From Escherichia coli (GTDB lineage Bacteria > Pseudomonadota > Gammaproteobacteria > Enterobacterales > Enterobacteriaceae), in NCBI RefSeq assembly GCF_024502345.1, contig NZ_JALDNN010000001.1: a stretch of 64,000 nt of DNA. The stretch is one strand, 5' to 3'. Each line of letters starts with the position of its first letter. The stretch's first letter is position 1. This document shows positions 39,124 to 52,560 of this stretch, piece after piece. The notes under the pieces are model-generated. The model saw only the letters and a program-made list of their open reading frames with translations. It did not search any database and had not been told where the DNA came from. The position numbers and the translations under genes are program-made.

Positions 39124-40152
39124 ATGGCGCATATTGTAACCCTAAATACCCCATCCAGAGAAGATTGGTTAACGCAACTTGCCGATGTTGTGACCGATCC
39201 TGATGAACTTCTGCGTCTTTTGAATATAGACGCGGACGAAAAACTGTTGGCCGGACGCAACGCCAAAAAGCTGTTTGCCCTGCGTGTGCCCCGCTCATTT
39301 ATCGATCGCATGGAGAAAGGCAATCCGGACGATCCGCTTTTGCGTCAGGTACTTACCTCGCAAGATGAGTTTGCCATCGCGCCCGGATTCTCCACCGACC
39401 CGCTGGAAGAACAGCACAGCGTAGTGCCTGGTTTGTTGCATAAATACCACAACCGGGCGCTTTTGCTGGTCAAAGGCGGCTGCGCGGTAAATTGCCGTTA
39501 TTGCTTCCGTCGCCACTTCCCTTATGCCGAAAATCAGGGCAACAAGCGTAACTGGCAAACTGCACTTGAGTATGTTGCTGCGCATCCGGAACTGGACGAG
39601 ATGATTTTCTCCGGCGGCGATCCGCTGATGGCGAAAGATCACGAGCTGGACTGGTTGCTCACACAACTGGAAGCCATCCCGCATATCAAACGTCTGCGGA
39701 TTCACAGCCGTCTGCCGATTGTGCTCCCGGCACGCATCACAGATGCGCTGGTTGAACGCTTTTCACATTCTACGCTGCAAATCTTGCTGGTGAATCACAT
39801 CAACCATGCCAATGAGGTAGATGAAACATTCCGGCAGGCGATGGCTAAGTTGCGCCGTGTCGGTGTCACCCTGCTTAACCAGAGCGTTCTGTTACGTGGT
39901 GTGAACGATAACGCACAAACGCTGGCAAACCTGAGTAATGCGTTGTTCGATGCCGGCGTGATGCCGTATTACCTGCATGTGCTCGATAAAGTACAGGGCG
40001 CGGCGCATTTTATGGTGAGTGATGACGAAGCACGGCAGATTATGCGTGAGTTGCTGACACTGGTGTCGGGATATCTGGTGCCGAAACTGGCGCGAGAAAT
40101 TGGCGGCGAACCCAGCAAAACGCCGCTGGATCTCCAGCTACGCCAGCAGTAA
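39124..40152 (+). CDS. epmB: EF-P beta-lysylation protein EpmB (lysine 2,3-aminomutase, YjeK)
   Basis: 342-aa ORF with the radical-SAM motif CAVNCRYCFRR. Confidence 0.95.
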   Translation: MAHIVTLNTPSREDWLTQLADVVTDPDELLRLLNIDADEKLLAGRNAKKLFALRVPRSFIDRMEKGNPDDPLLRQVLTSQDEFAIAPGFSTDPLEEQHSVVPGLLHKYHNRALLLVKGGCAVNCRYCFRRHFPYAENQGNKRNWQTALEYVAAHPELDEMIFSGGDPLMAKDHELDWLLTQLEAIPHIKRLRIHSRLPIVLPARITDALVERFSHSTLQILLVNHINHANEVDETFRQAMAKLRRVGVTLLNQSVLLRGVNDNAQTLANLSNALFDAGVMPYYLHVLDKVQGAAHFMVSDDEARQIMRELLTLVSGYLVPKLAREIGGEPSKTPLDLQLRQQ

Positions 40153-40184
40153 CTGATTAAACAGGGAAGTCAAACATTAAAATT

Positions 40185-40284
<100 letters not shown>

Positions 40285-40546
40285 AGAGCAACATACGCAA
40301 GTACAGCAACCTGTCATTAAACTGGGAAATTTAATCTTTGCCCGTTGCATAACCTTTAATTATTCATATACATTGCTGTTGTTACTCTTTATATAGCTAA
40401 CACCAATAATTAACCTTTCTTTTCTGTTTATATAGAGTGAGCACGGCTACTTATGTTATTTTAACAACTATTATTACCAAGCCCATTCATCTGGCTTATA
40501 AATTAAAATTAATTATTTAATTGAGAAATGGTTAGGGAGAACCTAC

Positions 40547-41416
40547 ATGGCCATAAGCATCAAGGGTGTTAATACCGGTGTTATTCGCAAGAGTAATAAT
40601 TTCATTGCACTGGCGCTGAAAATTAAGGAACCTCGCAATAAAGAATCGTTGTTCTTTATGTCTGTCATGGAACTGCGCGACCTGCTGATTGCGCTGGAAA
40701 GTCGTCTGCATCAAAAGCATAAACTGGATGCTGCTGCACGCCTTCAGTATGAGCAAGCTCGCGATAAAGTCATTAAGAAAATGGCAGAAAATATCCCAGA
40801 AATTCTGGTTGATGAGCTTAAAAATGCCGATATTAATCGTCGGGTTAACACGCTGGAACTTACCGATAATCAAGGCGAAAATCTTACCTTCGTATTAACG
40901 CTACATGACGGTAGCAAATGTGAGTTAGTCGTCAATGAGTTGCAGATTGAAATGCTGGCGCGAGCAATCATTCATGCAATTAATAATGCAGAAATGCGCG
41001 AACTGGCATTACGTATTACCTCACTGTTAGATTTCCTGCCGTTATACGACGTTGACTGCCAGGAAAATGGCAATCTGGAATATGACACCTATTCCCAACC
41101 GGAATGGAAACATAACTTGTTCGACCATTATCTGGCGGTGCTTTACCGCTTTAAAGATGAAAGTGGCAAAGAACAATTTAGCGGCGCAGTGGTGAAAACG
41201 CGTGAAGCAACGCCGGGTAAAGAAATAGAGGCGATCACTCGCCGAATGCTTGATTTCAGCCCACGACTGAAAAAACTCGCGGGTGTGCCATGTCAGGTCT
41301 ATGTTCGCACCGTAGCGGCGAATAACGCCCAACCGCTAACCCAGGATCAATGCTTACGCGCGCTGCATCACTTACGTGTTCAATCCACCAGCAAAACTGC
41401 ACCACAGGCGAAATAA
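40547..41416 (+). CDS. yjeJ: YjeJ, uncharacterised protein
   Basis: 289-aa ORF in AT-rich sequence, in the same position as in K-12. Confidence 0.8.
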   Translation: MAISIKGVNTGVIRKSNNFIALALKIKEPRNKESLFFMSVMELRDLLIALESRLHQKHKLDAAARLQYEQARDKVIKKMAENIPEILVDELKNADINRRVNTLELTDNQGENLTFVLTLHDGSKCELVVNELQIEMLARAIIHAINNAEMRELALRITSLLDFLPLYDVDCQENGNLEYDTYSQPEWKHNLFDHYLAVLYRFKDESGKEQFSGAVVKTREATPGKEIEAITRRMLDFSPRLKKLAGVPCQVYVRTVAANNAQPLTQDQCLRALHHLRVQSTSKTAPQAK

Positions 41417-41484
41417 TCTCATCTTTGCTAATGCGAGGCTGGAGCCATCCAGCCTGAAATGACTGATAACGTGATCGTTGGTCA

Positions 41485-41585
<101 letters not shown>

Positions 41586-41608
41586 ATTATACGTTTGTCA
41601 CCATCACA

Positions 41609-41962
41609 TCAGTTCGGACACTTATATACCTGGCCGATAATCTGGCTATCCGTCGGGACAAAACTGGACAACATTCCCTGCGACGGGCTACTGATGCCAT
41701 AAATCACGTTACCGCCCATTGCAGCCGCCTGGTTGCGCAGATCGTTTGCTGCGCCGCGCATAGAACCACCTTCTTCTCCGTGTTGCCCGGAAAGCCAGTT
41801 GCTTTGCTTACCTGTCGCAGTACCAATCAGCTGGCACTCTGCGCCTGGCTGCTCGTCCACAATGCGTACACTCTGACCGGCAGCACTCAATTCGTTGCTG
41901 GAGCTACAACCCGCCATCAGTAGCGCGGCACCGACAATCCCTGCTAAGTATTTTACGTGCAT
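41609..41962 (-). CDS. yjeI: YjeI, putative lipoprotein (DUF4156 as I recall)
   Basis: ORF trimmed to MHVKYLAGIVGAALLMAGCSSSNE (117 aa) with the lipobox LMAGC. Confidence 0.85.
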   Translation of the reverse strand: MHVKYLAGIVGAALLMAGCSSSNELSAAGQSVRIVDEQPGAECQLIGTATGKQSNWLSGQHGEEGGSMRGAANDLRNQAAAMGGNVIYGISSPSQGMLSSFVPTDSQIIGQVYKCPN

Positions 41963-42041
41963 GTTATTCCCCATAATCAATGAGCTGGACGCCACTCGCG
42001 TCGTCCGTGTCTGAATCTTATACTAGAAAGATGACCAAAAG

Positions 42042-42080
42042 AAAAACCCCCAGACATTTCTGCCCGGGGGTTTGTTTATT
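42042..42080 (-). terminator. groSL terminator (hairpin with runs on both sides)
   Basis: The stem CCCCC...GGGGG (42047-42070) is flanked by an A-run on the plus strand (a U-run for the minus-strand transcript) and by TTTGTTTATTT. Confidence 0.6.
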
Positions 42081-42099
42081 TCTGCGAGGTGCAGGGCAA

Positions 42100-43758
<1,659 letters not shown>

Positions 43759-43789
43759 TTAAATTCGTATGTTCAGTGTCGTGCGAGGA

Positions 43790-44134
<345 letters not shown>

Positions 44135-44164
44135 TTACGTGGTTTCCCGGCTGGTGACTAGAGA

Positions 44165-44193
44165 AATGGGGATGAGGATTCGCCCCTTCAAGG
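44165..44193 (-). promoter_or_regulatory. Sigma32 heat-shock promoter of groSL
   Basis: The minus strand reads CCCCCTTGAAGGGGCGAATCCTCATCCCCATTTCTC. It contains CTTGAA (-35) and CCCCATTT (-10), matching the sigma32 consensus. Confidence 0.8.
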
Positions 44194-44358
44194 GGGAAAA
44201 AGAAAAAAAATTCTGATCAGCACAAAATCGGGTGAAAACCCTGATTCACCTCACATTTCATCGCAATTTCTTCATCGCCGTCATAAGCGAATCTGATTGT
44301 GCTACCATCGAAAATCTACGCAGTTGCCCAAAATTTGGGCGCAATCGGATATCAACCC

Positions 44359-45615
44359 ATGAGTGGACTCAAACAAGAACTGGGGCTGGCCCAGGGCATT
44401 GGCCTGCTATCGACGTCATTATTAGGCACCGGCGTGTTTGCCGTTCCTGCGTTAGCTGCACAGGTAGCAGGCAATAACAGCCTGTGGGCGTGGCCCGTTT
44501 TGATTATCTTAGTGTTCCCGATTGCGATTGTGTTTGCGATTCTGGGTCGCCACTATCCCAGCGCAGGCGGTGTCGCGCACTTCGTCGGTATGGCGTTTGG
44601 TTCGCGGCTTGAGCGAGTCACCGGCTGGTTGTTTTTATCGGTCATTCCCGTGGGTTTGCCTGCCGCGCTACAAATTGCCGCCGGGTTCGGCCAGGCAATG
44701 TTTGGCTGGCATAGCTGGCAACTGTTGTTGGCAGAACTCGGTACGCTGGCGTTGGTGTGGTATATCGGTACTCGCGGTGCCAGTTCCAGTGCAAATCTAC
44801 AAACCGTTATTGCCGGACTTATCGTCGCACTGATTGTCGCTATCTGGTGGGCGGGCGATATCAAACCTGCGAGTATCCCCTTCCCCGCGCCAATAAATAT
44901 CGAACTTACCGGGTTATTTGCTGCGTTATCAGTGATGTTCTGGTGTTTTGTCGGTCTTGAAGCATTTGCCCATCTTGCCTCGGAATTTAAAAATCCAGAA
45001 CGTGATTTTCCTCGTGCTTTGATGATTGGTCTGCTGCTGGCAGGATTAGTCTACTGGGGCTGTACGGTAGTCGTCTTACACTTCGACGCCTATGGTGAAC
45101 AAATGGCGGCGGCAGCATCGCTTCCAAAAATTGTAGTGCAACTGTTCGGAGTAGGAGCGTTATGGATTGCCTGCGTGATTGGCTATCTGGCCTGCTTTGC
45201 CAGTCTCAACATTTATATACAGAGCTTCGCCCGTCTGGTCTGGTCGCAGGCGCAACATAATCCTGACCACTACCTCGCACGCCTCTCTTCTCGCCATATC
45301 CCGAATAATGCCCTCAATGCGGTGCTCGGCTGCTGCGTGGTGAGCACGCTGGTGATTCATGCTTTAGAGATCAATCTGGACGCTCTTATTATTTATGCCA
45401 ATGGCATCTTTATTATGATTTATCTGTTATGCATGCTGGCAGGCTGTAAATTATTGCAAGGACGTTATCGACTACTGGCGGTCGTTGGCGGGCTGTTATG
45501 CGTTCTGTTACTGGCAATGGTCGGCTGGAAAAGTCTCTATGCGCTGCTCATGCTGGCGGGGTTATGGCTGTTTTTGCCAAAACGAAAAACGCCGGAAAAT
45601 GGCATAACCACATAA
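44359..45615 (+). CDS. yjeH: YjeH, APC-family amino-acid (methionine/branched-chain) exporter
   Basis: ORF trimmed to MSGLKQELGLAQGIGLLSTSLLGTGVF (418 aa). Confidence 0.9.
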   Translation: MSGLKQELGLAQGIGLLSTSLLGTGVFAVPALAAQVAGNNSLWAWPVLIILVFPIAIVFAILGRHYPSAGGVAHFVGMAFGSRLERVTGWLFLSVIPVGLPAALQIAAGFGQAMFGWHSWQLLLAELGTLALVWYIGTRGASSSANLQTVIAGLIVALIVAIWWAGDIKPASIPFPAPINIELTGLFAALSVMFWCFVGLEAFAHLASEFKNPERDFPRALMIGLLLAGLVYWGCTVVVLHFDAYGEQMAAAASLPKIVVQLFGVGALWIACVIGYLACFASLNIYIQSFARLVWSQAQHNPDHYLARLSSRHIPNNALNAVLGCCVVSTLVIHALEINLDALIIYANGIFIMIYLLCMLAGCKLLQGRYRLLAVVGGLLCVLLLAMVGWKSLYALLMLAGLWLFLPKRKTPENGITT

Positions 45616-45630
45616 TCCGGCGTTTCGACA

Positions 45631-46107
45631 TTAATCCTGGCGATCGTCTTTATGATCAAGGCGGTCGCGGTCATCATCCTTTCGCTGGTACTCACCATCA
45701 AAAGTATTACCGCCACCGGTCCCGGCGCTAAAACCGCCGCCTGGCATACGAGAAAAGCGCAAATGCGGCATCAACTTCACTGTCAGATGCTTTTGCACCG
45801 GCGGCAATAAAAGCAGAAGACCGAGGAAGTCGGTGAAAAAGCCCGGTAATAAAAGCAGCAAACCGGCAATGATCAGCGAAACACTTTTAATCATCTCCGC
45901 CGCTGGGTTTTCACCCGCCGCCATTTTTTGCTGCATCAGCACGAAATTCTTAAAGCCCTGGTTACGTACCAGTGACATACCGATAACTGACGTGAATATA
46001 ACCAGCACGAGGGTCAGCAATACCCCCAATACATGGGCAACCTGAATAAAGATTGAAATCTCAATATAGACATAAAGGAAAATGGCAATAAAAGGTAACC
46101 AGCGCAA
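45631..46107 (-). CDS. fxsA: FxsA inner-membrane protein
   Basis: 158-aa ORF beginning MRWLPFIAIFLYVYIEISIFIQVAHVLG. Confidence 0.92.
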   Translation of the reverse strand: MRWLPFIAIFLYVYIEISIFIQVAHVLGVLLTLVLVIFTSVIGMSLVRNQGFKNFVLMQQKMAAGENPAAEMIKSVSLIIAGLLLLLPGFFTDFLGLLLLLPPVQKHLTVKLMPHLRFSRMPGGGFSAGTGGGNTFDGEYQRKDDDRDRLDHKDDRQD

Positions 46108-46241
46108 AGGTTTCTCCTGTAATAGCAGCCGGTAAAACCCGGCTACCTGAATGGGTTGCGAATCGCGTTCAGCTTATATTGTGGTCATTAGCAAAATTTC
46201 AAGATGTTTGCGCAACTATTTTTGGTAGTAATCCCAAAGCG

Positions 46242-46256
46242 GTGATCTATTTCACA
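46242..46256 (+). promoter_or_regulatory. Candidate CRP site in the aspA control region
   Basis: GTGATCTATTTCACA resembles the consensus TGTGA-N6-TCACA and lies about 190 bp upstream of the aspA ATG. aspA is known to be CRP/FNR regulated. Confidence 0.45.
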
Positions 46257-46443
46257 AATTAATAATTAAGGGGTAAAAACCGACACTTAAAGTGATCCAG
46301 ATTACGGTAGAAATCCTCAAGCAGCATATGATCTCGGGTATTCGGTCGATGCAGGGGATAATCGTCGGTCGAAAAACATTCGAAACCACATATATTCTGT
46401 GTGTTTAAAGCAAATCATTGGCAGCTTGAAAAAGAAGGTTCAC

Positions 46444-47880
46444 ATGTCAAACAACATTCGTATCGAAGAAGATCTGTTGGGTACCAGGGAAGTTCCAGCT
46501 GATGCCTACTATGGTGTTCACACTCTGAGAGCGATTGAAAACTTCTATATCAGCAACAACAAAATCAGTGATATTCCTGAATTTGTTCGCGGTATGGTAA
46601 TGGTTAAAAAAGCCGCAGCTATGGCAAACAAAGAGCTGCAAACCATTCCTAAAAGTGTAGCGAATGCCATCATTGCCGCATGTGATGAAGTCCTGAACAA
46701 CGGAAAATGCATGGATCAGTTCCCGGTAGACGTCTACCAGGGCGGCGCAGGTACTTCCGTAAACATGAACACCAACGAAGTGCTGGCCAATATCGGTCTG
46801 GAACTGATGGGTCACCAGAAAGGTGAATATCAGTACCTGAACCCGAACGACCATGTTAACAAATGTCAGTCCACTAACGACGCCTACCCGACCGGTTTCC
46901 GTATCGCAGTTTACTCTTCCCTGATTAAGCTGGTAGATGCGATTAACCAACTGCGTGAAGGCTTTGAACGTAAAGCTGTCGAATTCCAGGACATCCTGAA
47001 AATGGGGCGTACCCAGCTGCAGGACGCAGTACCGATGACCCTCGGTCAGGAATTCCGCGCTTTCAGCATCCTGCTGAAAGAAGAAGTGAAAAACATCCAA
47101 CGTACCGCTGAACTGCTGCTGGAAGTTAACCTTGGCGCAACAGCAATCGGTACTGGTCTGAACACGCCGAAAGAGTACTCTCCGCTGGCAGTGAAAAAAC
47201 TGGCTGAAGTTACTGGCTTCCCATGCGTACCGGCTGAAGACCTGATCGAAGCGACCTCTGACTGCGGCGCTTATGTTATGGTTCACGGCGCGCTGAAACG
47301 CCTGGCTGTGAAGATGTCCAAAATCTGTAACGACCTGCGCTTGCTCTCTTCTGGTCCACGTGCCGGCCTGAACGAGATCAACCTGCCGGAACTGCAGGCG
47401 GGCTCTTCCATCATGCCAGCTAAAGTAAACCCGGTTGTTCCGGAAGTGGTTAACCAGGTATGCTTCAAAGTCATCGGTAACGACACCACTGTTACCATGG
47501 CAGCAGAAGCAGGTCAACTGCAGTTGAACGTTATGGAGCCGGTCATTGGCCAGGCTATGTTCGAATCCGTTCACATTCTGACCAACGCTTGCTACAACCT
47601 GCTGGAAAAATGCATTAACGGCATCACTGCTAACAAAGAAGTGTGCGAAGGTTACGTTTACAACTCTATCGGTATCGTTACTTACCTGAACCCGTTCATC
47701 GGTCACCACAACGGTGACATCGTGGGTAAAATCTGTGCCGAAACCGGTAAGAGTGTACGTGAAGTCGTTCTGGAACGCGGTCTGTTGACTGAAGCGGAAC
47801 TTGACGATATTTTCTCCGTACAGAATCTGATGCACCCGGCTTACAAAGCAAAACGCTATACTGATGAAAGCGAACAGTAA
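46444..47880 (+). CDS. aspA: Aspartate ammonia-lyase
   Basis: ORF trimmed to [30 protein letters not shown] (478 aa). It carries the fumarase/aspartase signature [10 protein letters not shown]. Confidence 0.97.
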
Positions 47881-47900
47881 TCGTACAGGGTAGTACAAAT

Positions 47901-47932
47901 AAAAAAGGCACGTCAGATGACGTGCCTTTTTT
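47901..47932 (+). terminator. aspA rho-independent terminator
   Basis: AAAAAAGGCACGTCAGATGACGTGCCTTTTTT contains a perfect 8-bp stem followed by a T-run. Confidence 0.85.
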
Positions 47933-47997
47933 CTTGTGAGCAGTAACTTAAAAATAACAATCTAATATCAACTTGTTAAAAAACAAGGAAGGCTAAT

Positions 47998-49299
47998 ATG
48001 CTAGTTGTAGAACTCATCATAGTTTTGCTGGCGATCTTCTTGGGCGCCAGATTGGGGGGAATAGGTATTGGTTTTGCAGGCGGATTGGGGGTGCTGGTTC
48101 TTGCCGCTATTGGCGTTAAACCCGGTAACATCCCGTTCGATGTCATTTCCATTATCATGGCGGTTATCGCCGCTATTTCTGCCATGCAGGTTGCTGGCGG
48201 TCTGGACTATCTGGTTCATCAGACAGAAAAGCTGCTGCGCCGTAACCCGAAATACATCACGATCCTCGCACCGATCGTGACCTATTTCCTGACTATCTTT
48301 GCTGGTACTGGCAACATCTCTCTGGCGACACTGCCAGTTATCGCTGAAGTTGCGAAGGAACAAGGCGTTAAACCTTGCCGTCCGCTGTCTACTGCAGTGG
48401 TATCCGCGCAGATTGCGATCACCGCATCGCCAATCTCAGCGGCAGTGGTTTACATGTCTTCCGTGATGGAAGGTCATGGCATCAGCTACCTCCATCTGCT
48501 CTCCGTGGTCATCCCGTCCACCCTGCTGGCGGTTCTGGTGATGTCCTTCCTGGTCACTATGCTGTTCAACTCCAAACTCTCTGACGATCCGATTTATCGC
48601 AAGCGTCTGGAAGAGGGCCTGGTTGAACTGCGCGGTGAAAAGCAGATTGAAATCAAATCCGGTGCAAAAACGTCCGTCTGGCTGTTCCTGCTGGGCGTAG
48701 TTGGCGTGGTTATCTATGCAATCATCAACAGCCCAAGCATGGGTCTGGTTGAAAAACCGCTGATGAACACCACCAACGCAATCCTGATCATCATGCTCAG
48801 CGTTGCAACTCTGACCACTGTTATCTGTAAAGTTGATACCGACAACATCCTCAACTCCAGCACCTTCAAAGCAGGTATGAGCGCCTGTATTTGTATCCTG
48901 GGTGTTGCGTGGCTGGGCGATACTTTCGTTTCCAACAACATCGACTGGATCAAAGATACCGCTGGTGAAGTGATTCAGGGTCATCCGTGGCTGCTGGCCG
49001 TCATCTTCTTCTTTGCTTCTGCTCTGCTGTACTCTCAGGCTGCAACCGCAAAAGCACTGATGCCGATGGCTCTGGCACTGAACGTTTCTCCGCTGACCGC
49101 TGTTGCTTCTTTCGCTGCGGTGTCTGGTCTGTTCATTCTGCCGACCTACCCGACGCTGGTTGCTGCGGTACAGATGGATGACACGGGTACTACCCGTATC
49201 GGTAAATTCGTCTTCAACCATCCGTTCTTCATCCCGGGTACTCTGGGTGTTGCCCTGGCCGTTTGCTTCGGCTTCGTGCTGGGTAGCTTCATGCTGTAA
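47998..49299 (+). CDS. dcuA: Anaerobic C4-dicarboxylate transporter DcuA
   Basis: 433-aa polytopic ORF that matches K-12 DcuA. Confidence 0.95.
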   Translation: MLVVELIIVLLAIFLGARLGGIGIGFAGGLGVLVLAAIGVKPGNIPFDVISIIMAVIAAISAMQVAGGLDYLVHQTEKLLRRNPKYITILAPIVTYFLTIFAGTGNISLATLPVIAEVAKEQGVKPCRPLSTAVVSAQIAITASPISAAVVYMSSVMEGHGISYLHLLSVVIPSTLLAVLVMSFLVTMLFNSKLSDDPIYRKRLEEGLVELRGEKQIEIKSGAKTSVWLFLLGVVGVVIYAIINSPSMGLVEKPLMNTTNAILIIMLSVATLTTVICKVDTDNILNSSTFKAGMSACICILGVAWLGDTFVSNNIDWIKDTAGEVIQGHPWLLAVIFFFASALLYSQAATAKALMPMALALNVSPLTAVASFAAVSGLFILPTYPTLVAAVQMDDTGTTRIGKFVFNHPFFIPGTLGVALAVCFGFVLGSFML

Positions 49300-49414
49300 T
49301 GACCAATCGCGGGGCGTTCACGCCCCGCTTTCTTTCCCGCCGACTAACATCCTTCCCCCGTCCGTTGTATAGTGACCTCTCTCTTGCGGTTCCATCTGTT
49401 CTTGCGAGGTGTTT

Positions 49415-49753
49415 ATGCTTGATGAAAAAAGTTCGAATACCGCGTCTGTCGTGGTGCTATGTACCGCACCGGATGAAGCGACAGCCCAGGATTTAGCCGC
49501 CAAAGTGCTGGCGGAAAAACTGGCGGCCTGCGCGACCTTGATCCCCGGCGCTACCTCTCTCTATTACTGGGAAGGTAAGCTGGAGCAAGAATACGAAGTG
49601 CAGATGATTTTAAAAACTACCGTATCTCACCAGCAGGCACTGCTGGAATGCCTGAAGTCTCATCATCCATATCAAACCCCGGAACTTCTGGTTTTACCTG
49701 TTACACACGGAGACACAGATTACCTCTCATGGCTCAACGCATCTTTACGCTGA
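49415..49753 (+). CDS. cutA: Divalent-cation tolerance protein CutA
   Basis: ORF trimmed to [28 protein letters not shown] (112 aa). Confidence 0.93.
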
Positions 49754-51426
49754 TCCTGCTACTTTGCAGCACTTCCGTTTTTGCCGGATTATTCGACGCG
49801 CCGGGACGTTCACAATTTGTCCCCGCGGATCAAGCCTTTGCTTTTGATTTTCAGCAAAACCAACATGACCTGAATCTGACCTGGCAGATCAAAGACGGTT
49901 ACTACCTCTACCGTAAACAGATCCGCATTACGCCGGAACACGCGAAAATTGCCGACGTGCAGCTGCCGCAAGGCGTCTGGCATGAAGATGAGTTTTACGG
50001 CAAAAGCGAGATTTACCGCGATCGGCTGACGCTTCCCGTAACCATCAACCAGGCGAGTGCGGGAGCGACGTTAACTGTCACCTACCAGGGCTGTGCTGAT
50101 GCCGGTTTCTGTTATCCGCCAGAAACCAAAACCGTTCCGTTAAGCGAAGTGGTCGCCAACAACGCAGCGCCACAGCCTGTGTCTGTTCCGCAGCAAGAGC
50201 AGCCCACCGCGCAATTGCCCTTTTCCGCGCTCTGGGCGTTGTTGATCGGTATTGGTATCGCCTTTACGCCATGCGTGCTGCCAATGTACCCACTGATTTC
50301 TGGCATCGTGCTGGGCGGTAAACAGCGGCTCTCCACTGCCAGAGCATTGTTGCTGACCTTTATTTATGTGCAGGGGATGGCGCTGACCTACACGGCGCTG
50401 GGTCTGGTGGTTGCCGCCGCAGGGTTACAGTTCCAGGCGGCGCTACAGCACCCATACGTGCTCATTGGCCTCGCTATCGTCTTTACCTTGCTGGCGATGT
50501 CAATGTTTGGCTTGTTTACTCTACAACTCCCCTCCTCGCTGCAAACGCGCCTCACGCTGATGAGCAATCGCCAACAGGGCAGCTCACCCGGCGGAGTGTT
50601 TATTATGGGGGCGATTGCCGGACTGATCTGTTCACCATGCACCACCGCACCGCTTAGCGCGATTCTGCTGTATATCGCCCAAAGCGGGAACATGTGGCTG
50701 GGCGGCGGCACGCTTTATCTCTATGCGTTGGGCATGGGCCTGCCGCTGATGCTAATTACCGTCTTTGGTAACCGCTTGCTGCCGAAAAGCGGCCCGTGGA
50801 TGGAACAAGTCAAAACCGCGTTTGGTTTTGTGATCCTCGCACTGCCGGTCTTCCTGCTGGAGCGAGTGATTGGTGATATATGGGGATTACGCTTGTGGTC
50901 GGCGCTGGGTGTCGCATTCTTTGGCTGGGCCTTTATCACCAGCCTACAGGCCAAACGCGGCTGGATGCGCGTGATGCAAATAATCCTGCTGGCAGCGGCA
51001 TTGGTTAGCGTGCGCCCACTTCAGGATTGGGCATTTGGTGCGACGCATACCGCGCAAACTCAGACGCATCTCAACTTTACACAAATCAAAACGGTAGATG
51101 AGTTAAATCAGGCGCTCGTTGAAGCCAAAGGCAAATCGGTGATGTTAGATCTTTATGCCGACTGGTGCGTCGCCTGTAAAGAGTTTGAGAAATACACCTT
51201 CAGCGACCCGCAGGTGCAAAAAGCGTTAGCAGACACGGTCTTACTTCAGGCCAACGTCACGGCCAACGACGCACAAGATGTGGCGCTGTTAAAGCATCTT
51301 AATGTCCTTGGCCTACCGACAATTCTCTTTTTTGACGGACAAGGCCAGGAGCATCCACAAGCACGCGTCACGGGCTTTATGGATGCTGAAACCTTCAGCG
51401 CACATTTGCGCGATCGCCAACCGTGA
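49729..51426 (+). CDS. dsbD: Thiol:disulfide interchange protein DsbD
   Basis: ORF trimmed to [23 protein letters not shown] (565 aa). It has a C-terminal thioredoxin motif WCVACK and overlaps the cutA 3' end. Confidence 0.95.
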
Positions 51427-51462
51427 ACGACACTTGCAGTGGGAAAGACGGAGGAAAATAGC

Positions 51463-52038
51463 GTGCAACGTGAAGATGTACTGGGAGAAGCCCTGAAATT
51501 ATTAGAATTACAAGGGATTGCCAACACCACGCTGGAGATGGTTGCTGAACGTGTGGATTATCCACTGGACGAGCTGCGCCGCTTCTGGCCAGACAAAGAG
51601 GCAATCCTCTACGATGCGCTGCGTTATCTTAGCCAACAGATAGATGTCTGGCGTCGTCAGCTGATGCTGGACGAAACGCAAACCGCCGAACAAAAGCTGC
51701 TGGCACGTTATCAGGCGTTATCGGAGTGCGTTAAAAACAACCGCTATCCGGGCTGTCTATTTATCGCTGCCTGTACGTTTTATCCCGATCCTGGCCACCC
51801 TATTCATCAACTGGCCGATCAGCAAAAAAGCGCGGCCTACGATTTCACCCACGAACTGTTAACCACGCTGGAAGTTGACGATCCGGCGATGGTAGCAAAG
51901 CAGATGGAACTGGTGCTGGAAGGATGCCTGAGCCGGATGCTGGTGAATCGTAGCCAGGCGGATGTCGACACTGCACATCGGCTGGCGGAAGATATCCTGC
52001 GCTTCGCCCGCTGCCGCCAGGGTGGCGCATTGACCTGA
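51463..52038 (+). CDS. yjdC: YjdC, TetR-family transcriptional regulator
   Basis: ORF trimmed to the GTG at 51463 ([31 protein letters not shown], 191 aa) with a GGAGG Shine-Dalgarno upstream. Confidence 0.88.
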
Positions 52039-52105
52039 CAGAAACACAGAAAAGAAGCGATTTGCCGCAATCTTAAGCAGTTGAATCGCTTTTACTGAAA
52101 TTAGG

Positions 52106-52134
52106 TTGACGAGATGTGCAGATTACGGTTTAAT
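52106..52134 (+). promoter_or_regulatory. pheU promoter
   Basis: TTGACG (52106-52111), a 17-nt spacer and TTTAAT (52129-52134) are followed by the GC-rich discriminator GCGCCCC immediately before the tRNA. Confidence 0.6.
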
Positions 52135-52144
52135 GCGCCCCGTT

Positions 52145-52220
52145 GCCCGGATAGCTCAGTCGGTAGAGCAGGGGATTGAAAATCCCCGTGTCCTTGGTTC
52201 GATTCCGAGTCCGGGCACCA
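52145..52220 (+). tRNA. pheU: tRNA-Phe (GAA)
   Basis: GCCCGGATAGCTCAGTCGGTAGAGCAGGGGATTGAAAATCCCCGTGTCCTTGGTTCGATTCCGAGTCCGGGCACCA is a 76-nt tRNA with anticodon GAA and an encoded CCA. It lies next to yjdC, as pheU does in K-12. Confidence 0.97.
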
Positions 52221-52231
52221 ATATTCATAAG

Positions 52232-52262
52232 GCCTCGCTGCAAAGCGGGGCTTTTTCCTTTT
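52232..52262 (+). terminator. tRNA-Phe terminator hairpin
   Basis: The stem GCCTCGC/GCGGGGC (one G-U pair) has a TGCAAA loop and is followed by TTTTTCCTTTT. Confidence 0.65.
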
Positions 52263-52390
52263 CTGGCTACGGTAGATTTCTGGTCGTTGCGGCACGTTAT
52301 TTGTTTGCTGGATTTCTCGCCATTTTCGCAGTTGTTCGTTACTTTTAGACACCTCAACATCCTTTGATGTACCTTTTCCTAACCTCACAG

Positions 52391-52417
52391 CTACGGTCTT
52401 TCTACGGTCCTCTACGA
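52391..52417 (+). repeat. Phased direct repeats CTACGGTC / CTACGGTC / CTACGA (10-11 bp register)
   Basis: Copies start at 52391, 52402 and 52412. A fourth copy, CTACGGTA, lies at 52267-52274. Confidence 0.6.
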
Positions 52418-52456
52418 TTCCTTTCTCTCAGAGCATTCATAATAAAGTAGAAAATA

Positions 52457-52560
52457 CGGGGAAAACGGGGGAATTATCATTTCGCCCTAATCCGCAGGTC
52501 TTAACGTGATTTTGTCGCGGGGAATAAGGTGGGGAAATCCCCAATAGCAAGCGGGGAAAT
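52457..52560 (+). repeat. Cluster of five direct CGGGGAA(A/T)-type repeats
   Basis: The copies are CGGGGAAAA at 52457, CGGGGGAATT at 52466, CGGGGAATA at 52518, TGGGGAAAT at 52530 (followed by CCCC) and CGGGGAAAT at 52552. An inverted copy AATCCCCCG lies at 52659-52667. Confidence 0.6.

Noticed and set aside
46447-47898. 483-aa ORF antisense to aspA.
   Set aside because: It is a shadow ORF. The aspA frame carries the aspartase signature, and the antisense product has no recognisable features or Shine-Dalgarno.
52101-52388. Three overlapping ORFs (63-95 aa, both strands) across pheU and its terminator.
   Set aside because: They run through the tRNA-Phe gene itself. They have no Shine-Dalgarno and are composed largely of tRNA sequence.
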